A program made the translations under genes and the position numbers. The notes under the pieces are model-generated. The model was not told where the DNA came from, made no database searches, and was given only the letters and a program-made list of their open reading frames with translations. This document shows positions 22,201 through 34,391 of a DNA stretch of 64,000 nt, in pieces. Origin of the DNA: Balanoglossus misakiensis (lineage: Eukaryota > Animalia > Hemichordata). The stretch covers positions 9,069,612 to 9,133,611 of the forward strand of contig CM082594.2 of the NCBI GenBank assembly GCA_040954595.2, in the 5' to 3' direction. Numbering within the stretch: position 1 is the first letter of the stretch; every line of letters begins with the position of its first letter.

Positions 22201-23422
22201 GTTACACACTCCGTGGTGTTGACGTGAGTTGGTCTGACACGTGGAGAGGTTTGTGTCTGTGAGTGCCCAGATTCTTTTGTTAGTATCGTCTGAGAGTCTA
22301 CAGTAACGATTTCCAATCGACATGTCTCCAAAGTGAGAGTTTGGAGCAGACGATAGAGAAATTTTATCAGAGTCAGCGGTGTGAAGCGTATCGGCGATGT
22401 ATAGCACCCCCCCCCCCCCATGGGTGTTTTCGTACCACAGAAGTGACCCCCAATAGGAACTAACCCGTTTCGTGACATCTTTTATTGTTTGGTATGTTAA
22501 CTGCTGTACTAAGGAAAAACAATTTCACCATCCGAAGTTTCTTTCAAGTATCCATTTTGATTTACGATTTGCTCCCACAAATAAAAATTCTGCCGAGAGC
22601 AACGACTTCAAGTATGTTTCCTGCTGTAGAGATGAAATTTATAGTGTAATATTTTCCCGGGGAATTCCGAACTCGTTCACTAGGAAACCCGAAAGCGCGA
22701 GAGGCTCAAAAATGAGAAATCACTCAAACCACTCTTCAGGGTATCCGCTCTACTATAGCCGTACTCTGCATATAAAATGGTATTAGATGTTTGAAAACCG
22801 CAAACGTGTGTGTTTGAATAGCTAATGTGTACGCGTGACATTGTTAAGTGTTGATAGGATGCAAAACACATGGACATGCGCGTTGATCATGACGATAATA
22901 AAGTAGATATCTGATGAAAATGACATATGATGTCATTGGGATAGATCTTGGGTATTCCCCGATTATTGTCCATATTGTCATTTCGGCGAAAATTTGTATA
23001 ATTGTTTTTAATCGGTAATATTGACCTTCGCTATACTTGAACGTGACGTAACCGGAAGTAAAGAACCTCATTGGATATAAATTCCGGTTTATTTTACAAT
23101 TACTAGTACTTTTGCGGAAGAGGAGACATTTTTGCAAAAGATTACAGATTAGTTTTGGCAGCTCAATGTAATATTAAAGCTTGAATGCGGACTGACTCAT
23201 TCTTGCGGCACATTCTCAAACAATTCCACAGCTCAATCTCCGTGGTTACCTTTCAAGAATAAAGTGTTGAGTCATGTACATTATGTCGTTCAAAACAGTA
23301 ATGTAGATGTGATGTTTGTGTGATCAAAATGAAAAGAATGTAGGCTTTTCAGTCGGCGGGAAATGGACGGCGCTTGATCAAAGCTGGTCCTGAACTTTGA
23401 CCCCGGTTTGCCTGGTAACTCC

Positions 23423-23583
23423 CGGGTTGGAATTCAGACGCGAATTTCAAGATGTTTGTGCAATAATCAAAGCAAAGATACGGCGGTGAATGACCGAATA
23501 TCGATGGAAAGGTGTTCTCGGTTAGTATCCTTGCTTTGATTATTGCACAAACATCTTGAAATTCGCGTCTGAATTCCAATCCG
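23423..23583. repeat. Long inverted repeat (59-bp arms, 43-nt spacer): MITE-like or hairpin RNA
   Basis: 23423-23481 is the reverse complement of 23525-23583 with only 2 mismatches. Confidence 0.9.
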
Positions 23584-26500
23584 AGTCTCATCAGATTCGC
23601 TTAAGTTTTACTTTTAGCATATATGGCGCCTTGCCATATCGCCCTGCAAGCAGAATTATCTCTTTCAATTCATAAAAGCTATAACCGCTTTTATTCTCTG
23701 ATATCGGACACGAAAATAGAATCGGTAATGCATGGTTTGCAAAATGGTTCGAAGGATTTCTAGATAACACAGCTCTTAGTCATTCTATCGGTTATAGACT
23801 TTGATACTCGCAAGAAATTTAAAACTTTTTTCAATTACTCATCGCTTTCTCCGATGAAAACGAGATTTCGAACTAGTGTGGAGGCAATTTAAACCCTAAC
23901 CCAGACTTTTAAACGAAATAGATGGATAAACCAGGCAACTTTGACCAAGCACAACTGTATACCCAGCATAGACTGCAAACGATATAGTGCTTATGAAAAG
24001 GAAACACTTTTTCATATAATGTTTTACTCGGTCAGAATCATATAATGAGTTCTTATCTTGTTATAAGAACCCCTTATGTGTTTTTTTTTCTTGAGGCATC
24101 CCCTCAGAATAAAGTTCTTGTTTTCAGGTTGTCATTCCAAATCGATAACTATGATGGAAATCAGTGTTTTGAAACTTTCTGTTATCATGTTTACCGAACC
24201 GTGACGAGAAACACACAGTTAACTCTGTTTACACCCGAGTTACTCCATACGAGCGACCAACCTTGTCCCCTGAAAGGACAACGTCAATCATCGATGGAAT
24301 ACCACAAATGAAACTGGCCGTTGCAAAATCATAAACCGGGGATCTGAAAGTGTCTCTGTTCCCACGACCAAGAGAAATTTGCATGAAAGTAGTTCCATTC
24401 CCATTTCTCTCAGAAGCAAGTTAGGCGCTTGTGGTTCAATCTTGCTCGGGGTAATCAGCTGATAGTTAAGAAACCCCAAAGGGACCAGTGAAAGCGAATC
24501 TGCTATCAGCGTTATCGTAGAGATTAGCCAAAATCACGTGACTTAAATGTACTTTGCCCTACATCGGGAAGACCTGGATGTAAAATGCCTGATATTTTTT
24601 ATCTTCTTCGGTCGCGATATTCGTTCATAATGATGTTTTCTTCCGCTACGACTAAATAGTGGTGATTTCATTAGATGGCACGGGCAATAAACCGGAAGTG
24701 TCGCAAAAGGGCTTACGTGTACAACGAGGTCACTGATTGGCCAAACGTGCACCACACGACTGATAAAGCGCTGATACTGCCAATCGCGGAAGGCGTCCCA
24801 TTCCAAGGTTAAAAGCGCAAAAATCCGAATTCGAACAAAACATCCGCTCCTTCAAGTTGCGCAGAGATTTTATTATCAACTATGTACGTTTCGCAGAGAC
24901 AACGGAGAGAGCCAACAGGAAAGACTTTGATTGGAAATACAGAAAACTATCCGGAAGGTTTGCAGTAACAATCCCTCGTTCGTCACAACAAGTCTACCCC
25001 CTCCTATACTATTGTCATCTTATGTAAGCGGTCAATGCCCCAGGGCAGCTCTTTTTCATGGACGAAGGGCAACACTGCCCATAGTTATTTTCAATTGTAA
25101 ACAGATCAAAAATATACATCGATAACATTATGTGGTTTACTCTGACGTTATTATGACGTGCTTAAATTTAACTTTTGGGTATTTCTTACGAACCACTTTT
25201 CAGGGACCGTATCACCGGTGGTCATAATGTCATTATTTGAAAGTGCGCGAAAACTTGGCCGGTAGCAAGGCTAGAAATTTCATGAATAAGAGTCTTGTGG
25301 TCTCGAGCGGAGAAAGGCTATTCCATTTAATTAATGTTTACTTAAGGTAAACTACAGTTTCCTGAACCAGGTGTAATAAGTTGTTACTGGCCACCATCCA
25401 GTTTCAATGTGCATGATTCGTACTTGTCGATAGTACAGTAAATTGGACTCTCCATCCAGACACGGTGCTTTCCTTTTTAATTACTTAAAATTAAATCAAC
25501 TCTAGCACGATCATCATGAGTGTACATGTGTGGTGACATCGCGTTGTTCGAATATCTCTTCACTAGCTGCGCGTGGATTGATCGTGGTGGTCAGATGTTA
25601 GATTGTAGAATTCCCAAGTTACCTTGTTCTTCCCGTTCAACAGTTATAGGTTTCAATTGGAATTGGACCCCGTTCAGTGACCCCCCCCCCCCGCGCCGAT
25701 GTTCTTTTGTTTTTTCTTCCATTGTTCAGTCACGTTGCAGTGAAATCATAAGACACCTGCAGGGAGTTGAAGATACCGTAAATTTGATTTCTGATAAACT
25801 AAGTAAATACAAATACACCCCTGAGATTGTAAAAATGGTATCCTCTCAGGTTTTCGTATCCCGGTAACATGTTTCACCCTCGATAAGACAAATGAAATCG
25901 CCTGACAACCCCTGACAAATGGCCAGTCCAAAAATAACGTTCTTTTGTATGCTGCGGCTTTGCTACATATTTCAAGACTTCCCCTTTTGCACACTGGAGC
26001 CGGCAAAACGGTGTAGTATTTGCACAGATGAACATCGCCTAAAACACGGTTTGCCGCCAAACAGACATTGTCGCACGAACCCGGGAGCGACAAGTCCCCG
26101 AGGCCACAGTCCCAGATACGGTGTGTTTACAAAACCCTTTGTTCTTCAACATCTGTGTTGATTGTCAACACCGGCGGCTCAGATTAAAGACTTCGGTGCC
26201 CGTGAATGGCCGAGATAAAATTGGACGAAGTCGCTCTTTTCGGCATTATTTAGGCTATTTTGGTTCTTGCGAGAAGCAAATATGTTGCTCTGCTATTTGT
26301 TGTAGATACACGATGACTTGCAGGTCGTTAGAGCTATATTCTTCCCTGCTTGTACAACTACAATGATAAACACTCAAACGAAAAATAAATCAACGGTATA
26401 TACCGAAATCACTATCAAATTATCCACGTTTTGCCCATACAAAACCCCAGGGCGTAAGTAGAACCATACTGTATGTCGGATCGGATCGCATCATCTGAGT

Positions 26501-29500
26501 TTACTGTTCCAATCGCGCCACTTGCGTCATTCCATACCGCAATATTAGGCTCTTAATCGTCGAATCTCATCCGTTCCTAAATCGCAGATCTATCAGAGAT
26601 TACAGATTCAATTTTGGATGAGCCAGAATCACGTCACGTGGCCCGAACACACTTTTTGTTTAAACTGAAGGTAATGCGTACAGCGTCGTCGAATATGTGA
26701 AAGTCTTGACCCTATTTCAATTATCAAAAGGCAAATTAACTGTGACAATGCCAATCTTTTCTGCGACGCATGATCTCAATATATTACAAGCAGATAATTA
26801 TTGGTCCAGTTTATTCCCTTGTTCACACCTTTACACGTGACCTGGAAATGTTGCTATACCAGATGTCGTAATCTTGTCACTTGGAAACAAAAACAGGTGA
26901 TTGGACGAAAGTTCATTTCCTCGGTTTCAAAGAAACCAGCCAGGTGGAAAGGAAGCTTTCTTTGGTCGCTGGTAATTAAGATATCCCGCTGAATACCACT
27001 GTCAAAGAATGTCGCTGGACCATGATGAAAAACACACGTGGTAGCGTGGTCTCATTTCGGCTAAAACCGTATTCTCCTTGACGTACAATGGGTGATTAAA
27101 CTCCTTCAGCATGTCTCGAAGTATCTCTGAAATCAGAGTCCCTTCTGTCTGTCAACAGCTCGGGTTAGTTATTGTAGTGAACATATCGGGTCCTGACGAT
27201 AGATGCAATGTTGATTTGCTCTTGATCAGTCTGATCAACATTGATCAGAACGTTGGCCGTTGATTGATAAAATGAAACAGCTTTGCCCGAGATTCTATCG
27301 CTCTGATATGAATCAGTCTGACGATGGCCTGATTTCTTCGTGGAAGTGAAACTTTGATAAGATCATTTGACTGTGGTGGGTCGATTATTTTAGCACTGGC
27401 GCGCATGCCAGCGGTGGAGTGTTTGATAAATTTGGAATTGCTTTGCTGTGTCTGGATGACCCGTGATTGAGTGAGTTGTTGCAGACAGTAGCTCTGGTTG
27501 TCATTAGATGATCATTCTTGTTTAATCATGTTAGTCGTCAGCTGCCTTCACGTTTTGGGTGAGTTTGTTTGCTTGGCTGACGGCCTGGCTGGCTATGTGG
27601 GTGGGTGATAATTATGGTGCCCAGGTAGACAGACTGACTATAAATATGCTTGTTTGTTGGTCAGCCGGTCGATCGATGATTTATCGATTGATTGATCGAT
27701 TTCATTTCGTTTGTAAGTTAGTTTTGTGATTAAGAAAATGCATGTTGGTCAAATGCAGTGGCTTGTGAGTTGAGGCGACAGCTGTTTTGTTTTACCTTGA
27801 AGACCAGCTGAACTCTCTTTTTATAGCTAGGATCTCTCAGTTTGGCGTGTCTACTGTCAGGTCTGATGATTGATTGCAAATGGCTGCAAGTCGGTTGTTC
27901 TGTTCATACTGTACAACCCCCCCCCCCCTTCAATTTCTTGATTTAATGAACAAGTTATCCACAAAAGTGGTGATGAAATGGTAGCATAATATAAGACGTA
28001 ATATAAGACGTGAGACAAAGTCATTTCCATTTTTATATAAAATTCAAATCTTACAAGTAACCATGTGTTATGTTAGCTTACCAGTGCAAACGAGCTTACC
28101 AAACAATCCCTGACCCCAGAAATAAAAGAGAACGCGCTCCATGTCATATTTGTCAAGTGTCTATACATTCGAGAGTTTAAATATCACTTCTCAAATGCGT
28201 TTTATGACTTCTCCACATCCAATTCTGCAATAACAATTCAAACACCAACCAGGTCAACCAAATAACTAAAAACCAGACAAAGCAAATAATTTTCAAGTGT
28301 CCCATTTCTTTGACAAATATTTGGCTCTCTCTCCTGAGTTTACCAGGGAGTTGGTTGACCGGTACAGAATGCTAAACACGTCAACCCTCGGCAAACTTTT
28401 CGAAGAAGGTATTTTTGCATCGGGAGATTCGTGTACAGCATTTAATTAGTCTTTTTACACGGTTGCTCCGTGACGTCATCGATTATAGACGGATATTTCC
28501 AAGAGCGTTTGTCAGTTCTCATTTCATGTACATGTATATAACGAGTCTGCAATCAAGTTGGCAACTTCACTGCATATCTCAGCATTTTTTCAAACCCAGT
28601 TCGGGCGATTTGACCACATTACCATATACCAGTGCAGCACTGTGTTTACACGTAAACTACAAGCAAAACTCCATTCAAGTAACGGAACACAAAGTAAACA
28701 AACTACAAGTATGCGCATGTCCACAAACTGTATTCTCAGGCCAAGATGTGTCGTCAGTAAATCCGTGGCTTATTTGCGCATCACATCGCCTCCCCCCCCC
28801 CCCCCCCCCACAAAATTAATGATAAGCGTGGTTGGCCACTAACAAAAACAGTGTCTCATCTACTTTGTCATGGTTACACATGGTTAGACGCACCTGGATT
28901 TCGCGCAGCATGCACTGAGCATTCCAACATGCGCAGAAAGGGCCCAGCTGTTTGTTTATATTTATGGAAATCAGTTTTCTTGTTGATTGTTTTTTTCTGG
29001 CGTTTAACACATTACTGCGTGTCTACTTTGCATAAAGCAGCTTGTTGACAACATAAAACCAGGACCGTTGTTTTTCTAATTATACAAGATTTTCTGCATG
29101 TTCAAGGGTGTCGCAGATTATTATCTAATCAGTTTAAGGAGGGTCACTCTTCAGCAACCTTGACTTTTATGTTAACAATAATCTTCGAACCACTTGTTTT
29201 CTGAAGTACTCCACGAAGAATCAGATCTACTGTTCGGCCACTTGACCGTGGTGTAAACAGAGACCTTTATCAGGCACCGTCATTACGGCCAATAAAGTCA
29301 CACTGAAGGTCGATAGATAAATCTACCGCAAAGGGCGTTTGGGAACTCAACAAGTCGGATGATATTAATTAACTATAAGGACACCCTCATCGCGGGGAGC
29401 CGTGGAAGGAACTAAATATTTTGATAAAGTTGGTTCTTGGCCAAGGTTGTTGACCATCGTACAACTGTGAATGTGCGTCCGCTGCCCAGGGTGGCTTCTG

Positions 29501-32500
29501 TTCGGAGAAAATGTTTGATGAGTCGAGGGTGCCGGAGAGAAAGTTGGCGTTGAGTTGGGCTTTGCCTGTGGGCTTCCTGTTTGAACTTCTCTTCCATGGA
29601 TTGCATTGCTAGAAAATAACAAACATTGAGAATAAAGACTGAGCCATGCGGAACCCACGCTCGGTGACACATTCACCTGTGACTTTACTGATAAATACGC
29701 AGCAAAACGTGTACGCAGCAAAACGTGTTTTCGACGCCCAAACATCGACACTGGAAGCAAAACAAGGATGTTTGCAAGCCTCACAAAAACGAACAAGTCA
29801 TGCCAACTATAGCCGTGCCACCTACAGACACGAAGACTCTGTCGGCCTCTTTGATATCGAGTTGAAGAAGGTGATTTTAAAGACGGAGCGTGAGAGTGAC
29901 GCTGTCGTCAAACGGCCAATTCAGACGAAATCATTTCGATTGGTCATAAAATAGTCCCATTTCTTTCAGTCATTTGGATTTTCTACATCACTCCGTTGTC
30001 AAAGGAAAGGAGATTTTTGTTACTCGACAGCGACGAGAACTGTTAAAGGCCAAAAGATCAGCTGATTCTCGTCTTGGACAACTTGTAAACATGGCACGTG
30101 CGTCATTGAATCTGATGAAATACGGTCTTAGGGGAGACAAACTATGTCTGATGACCAAAAGCTCCCAGACTTTACTGTTCATACATTTGTTTAAAGAATG
30201 GCGTTCCTCCACTGCGATTCACGAGATTTGGCATCGACTTTTAAATCTGATAATTCATGTGTTCAATACGACAGAAAAAAAATCCAAGTCTCTCGTCAAG
30301 ATAAATTAATTTGACCTGGCATATCGGAGTTGGTATAGAATAAGTAGTATAATATAAACATATTAACAGCCACAAAAAGTCTCACTATCATTCTACCACT
30401 ATATTAATGCCATGACATAAACTAGTGTACACATGGCAACATCCTGTGCTGTATGACAGTGCATCTTGCAGCTGTGAATGTCAATGCCATCTGTGACGTC
30501 ACGTTGTTTGACCTTGCCGAACTTATCTCCAAGTAATGTCACAGCGTACGCTCTATCACTCTTAAAAGCTGGCGATAAAAAAAAGAACTATCGCCGAAAG
30601 CAAAGTGTGGATGATTTCCTATTTGACTCACACTTGAGTAAATCGATCATTTTCTGCTACTGTTCTTATTATTTCCCATGATGCAGTTTCGGATGTGCGC
30701 AAAATGATATCACTTATGGAATTTGGGATCAACAAAAGATTAGTACGAACAGAGTGTGCTACGAAAAGTGTTATGACGTTATGAAATGTGATTTGTTTTC
30801 TATTGGGATTTATTTGAGCCAAACAGCCATATTAGGTGTTGAACAAAGATTTTATATTTGCTTTCCGGACACAAACTGTCGTACACTACTGCATAGCATA
30901 ACTGTCAGTCATCACAGGTAGTTGTATGTCAACACTCAAGGTATAACTCACTCCATAAGTAGGCAATAATGCTTCAGTCAACACATTAGTGATAAGCGTG
31001 TTATCAGACCCACAACTCCTGTCAACAAATACAAAACCTGTCGTGGGGTTGACGTCCATATCGCGCATGTGTAGAAGTCTCAAGTAGCACTCGAGCAAAT
31101 ACATGTACTGCGCACTTGTAGAACCCGCCTGAATTCTGTCTGATTTTACTCCCGGATAATAATCTTTGTTCAGTAAAGCGCCCGTTCATTGCGGAAAAAA
31201 CACGCGAGGCCTGCCAAAAATAAGAGTTTTGACAGGATCGTGTTGCGTCCTGTTTGTTTTCAGTGCGAGGGTGTTGAGCACCAACGCGACCTTTGACCTC
31301 TGGGGCTTTAGTGTTGTTTTTGGCGACTGTTTTTACTCCAGTTTCCGCGCCAATTCATCATGATCTTATCACTTTGATATTTACCTTTTCAATCCATTTA
31401 CAACCGAATGTGTGTTTTTGGAGAAAAAAACATGGTGAGGCTGCATTTCGTCGGTTCGTGTACTCTGCGTGACCCAATCTAGGCACATGTGACCATTTGA
31501 CATTCTTTGGCTGCCCCCCCCCCCCCCCACATAATAATATTCACACCTGCGCGAGCATGATACCAGAATCTGAATTTCGGTAACGGTAAATTATGACCAG
31601 ATATACTCTATCAATATTAAGTTTGGTTCTTTTCCAGGCATACCACAACGGTGAGACAAAAATCTTTGGAATGCACACGACAGACACGTTTTAACATTCC
31701 TCAAGAATGTTCCATCTTTAATCCGATTGCCTCGATCGCACGTGAGATTCGCTATCTCGTCACGTACACACGCCAGTGTCCCCCAAATTCTTTTTTGGCC
31801 GATAGCTCGATACCCTTGCCCGATTAACTGACACGGGCGGACATTACTCATAATGTAAGATACTCTTTGGTAGTTTTCGAGAAATATTACTATATAAGTA
31901 TGCAAACAATCCTCTTGGGGGAAAAGAGTACGTGTATGTCGCGTGACAGTTCAGTTTCATTATGAAAGGGGTGTATCATGCATGACAGATTTCATCCTAT
32001 ATAATTCACGTGATCATTTCTAGAGTTACACGTGTCAAAATCATGTCATTCCCAAAAGATCGATAAAGCCGAACAAATACTGATGAACCCTACTTTTCCA
32101 AAATCGACAAAAATGTACATTTTTTTCTAAATGGTCTTATGTTTTATACTAGCTCCGTGTCAGAATTAGACATTGAATCATGACGTCACAGATCTGGCCA
32201 GGTGCCTGTCAAGATAGGTGGCTTCTGCTGTCACATTCCGACAACTACTTGAGATAATTTGTGTTGTTCTTGAAGCGACTTTCTAATTACTCCACCCATT
32301 TTTAGCCAAGATAAGCAGCCTAGAGGTAGCTAGATACTTATCATGGAGTGTACTGATTGACAAGCTTGAGTTCACTGTAGATGTTGGTGGGTATTTCAGG
32401 TATTTCCAGGGCATCTTAGTCTTGTCGCCATGTCAACATCGGACACCTCAGTCTTTAGGCAGAAGCGTTTTAACGTAAAGAGGTCTCAGCTATAACGATC

Positions 32501-34391
32501 CAGTGCCTCCATGACCATGATTTCGGACATGGGTTTTGTAACCTCAGACCTCGCATATTTTTGCGTCGCGTGCTAATTTGGGTAACACCTGTCATTTATC
32601 ACGGCTTGACATTGTCTGTTGCGGACAGTGTAGGCCGTGTTTGTGGACAGTAAGTGTAAACAAACGACACGCAACTTAACAAATGCACTGGAATAGCACA
32701 AATACGATTCATGGACATCTCCGGGGGTAGCGTCAACAGTCTTATCTTAATGACCAAGAAGATGCCACGGGGTTCTCAGCGCCCAGGTATTCAGCATTTT
32801 TGCCCTGATCCTGTCTCCTTCAAACGGAGGACATTTCCAACTGACAGAAATGAAAACATTTGGCAGTAAATTTGGTCGATTGTTCCGAGGTTGCAATTAG
32901 TGTCAAGGCTATGCCTGCCCAATTTGACCGAGGCAATGTTGCAACGTGGCAACCAAACCAGGTACAAACTGGGACAAAAGCGATTTCTTTTGGATATGGC
33001 CAAAAACTGTCTGATCAGCTGTTTCATTCACCAATCAGTTAGTCATTGTCAAGACATATGCCTTTGGCAATATGTACACCCACGATACAGTTGGATCGGC
33101 CATTACCGATAAAGACCGGCGTGCAGTTCTGCTTATAATTATTCAGTTGTAGCGCCCCCATACGAAGGCACGGAGAAGCCGAATATTTGTAGTTCAATAG
33201 ATGGGTCTAGTCGGTCTCTCTAAGGTATAAATAACTTCCAACTTTTAATTGTCATGTTGAAGATTACGGACAGTCCTGAATAGTACAGATTTGCTACATG
33301 ATATACTTAAAAGTAATCCGAGTTCAGAGCTGAGCCGACGCTGTTTTTTAAGCCCTGGTGTAAACAGTTGCGGGGCATCGGTCACTTTTCAAAGGTGTTG
33401 TCCGATGCACCTGGGTTTACCTTTCGCCCTGGCTGTACAAGCTTACACGGCTACCTTAAACACGTCGGCCCGTTTCATGGATATGTACAAGTTTAAGAAC
33501 CATGTTTGCTTTCTGGCCAACATGTGGTGTGCATATGTCCTAGGGGGAGTTTGATTGATCTTTGACCGACACAAACATCAACTACACAGTCTTCAAAACT
33601 GGGCGATTAACTGTGCTTTTTAACACCTTAGATTCAAAACATGAAAGATATATAGAACAGATTAATTAAAGAGTTGGGGCGCTTTCAGTAACTGTTTACT
33701 GTTTTCTGAACTAAGCACATACAAGGATTAGTATGTCAAGGTATTTTGACTGGTATTTCTCTAACGGCCAGCTATGGTTACCATACCAATAACATCTAGG
33801 CCTATATGGTGATGCTAGACGAAAATAAAATCAGAAGGGACATGCTTATTTTGCCACTGGTGGCGCTATTTCCAATAACGGTGTTCCAGTCAACCAAGAC
33901 CGATTTCAAACATCACGGAAAATGTTATGGAAAATGAAATCAATTACATATTATTGGATCCTGGCCTCTTAATGTACTTGTTTTTCTCATTGGCGCAATC
34001 AAACTACGTGATTAATTCACTTTCCAGTTCAAAATAACTTTATTCGACAAGAGTTTGTATGATTGTGCGAATGTTTAACAATGAGAAAGATTACAAAATA
34101 TATAGTTTCTCCTTCCACCGTGAAAACCTTACTGTTTCAATAGCATGTGAATTTAAACTTGTTAAGTAGATGTAGTATGTCTCCCTAAATGACGAGATAC
34201 TTCATATAAATAGTAAAAGACATCTAGACTTCATGATAAAATGTGGAAATTGAGACGCCACCAATAATACTAAGGGGTTAAGTAATCCAATTGAAACAAA
34301 AATCACAACAAAAAGACCTATAGGAATGTTATACGATTTACAACAATTTCGACTTTATAACAACAACTTCATTCAGTTTCAAATTATTGTT

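Noticed and set aside
27987-28011. 12-bp tandem duplication taatataagacg x2
   Set aside because: Ordinary slippage duplication with no sign of function.
22406-31530. Several C11-C18 homopolymer runs (~22406, 25681, 27917, 28792, 31514)
   Set aside because: Likely ends of dispersed repeats or simple slippage; no family can be assigned from this window.
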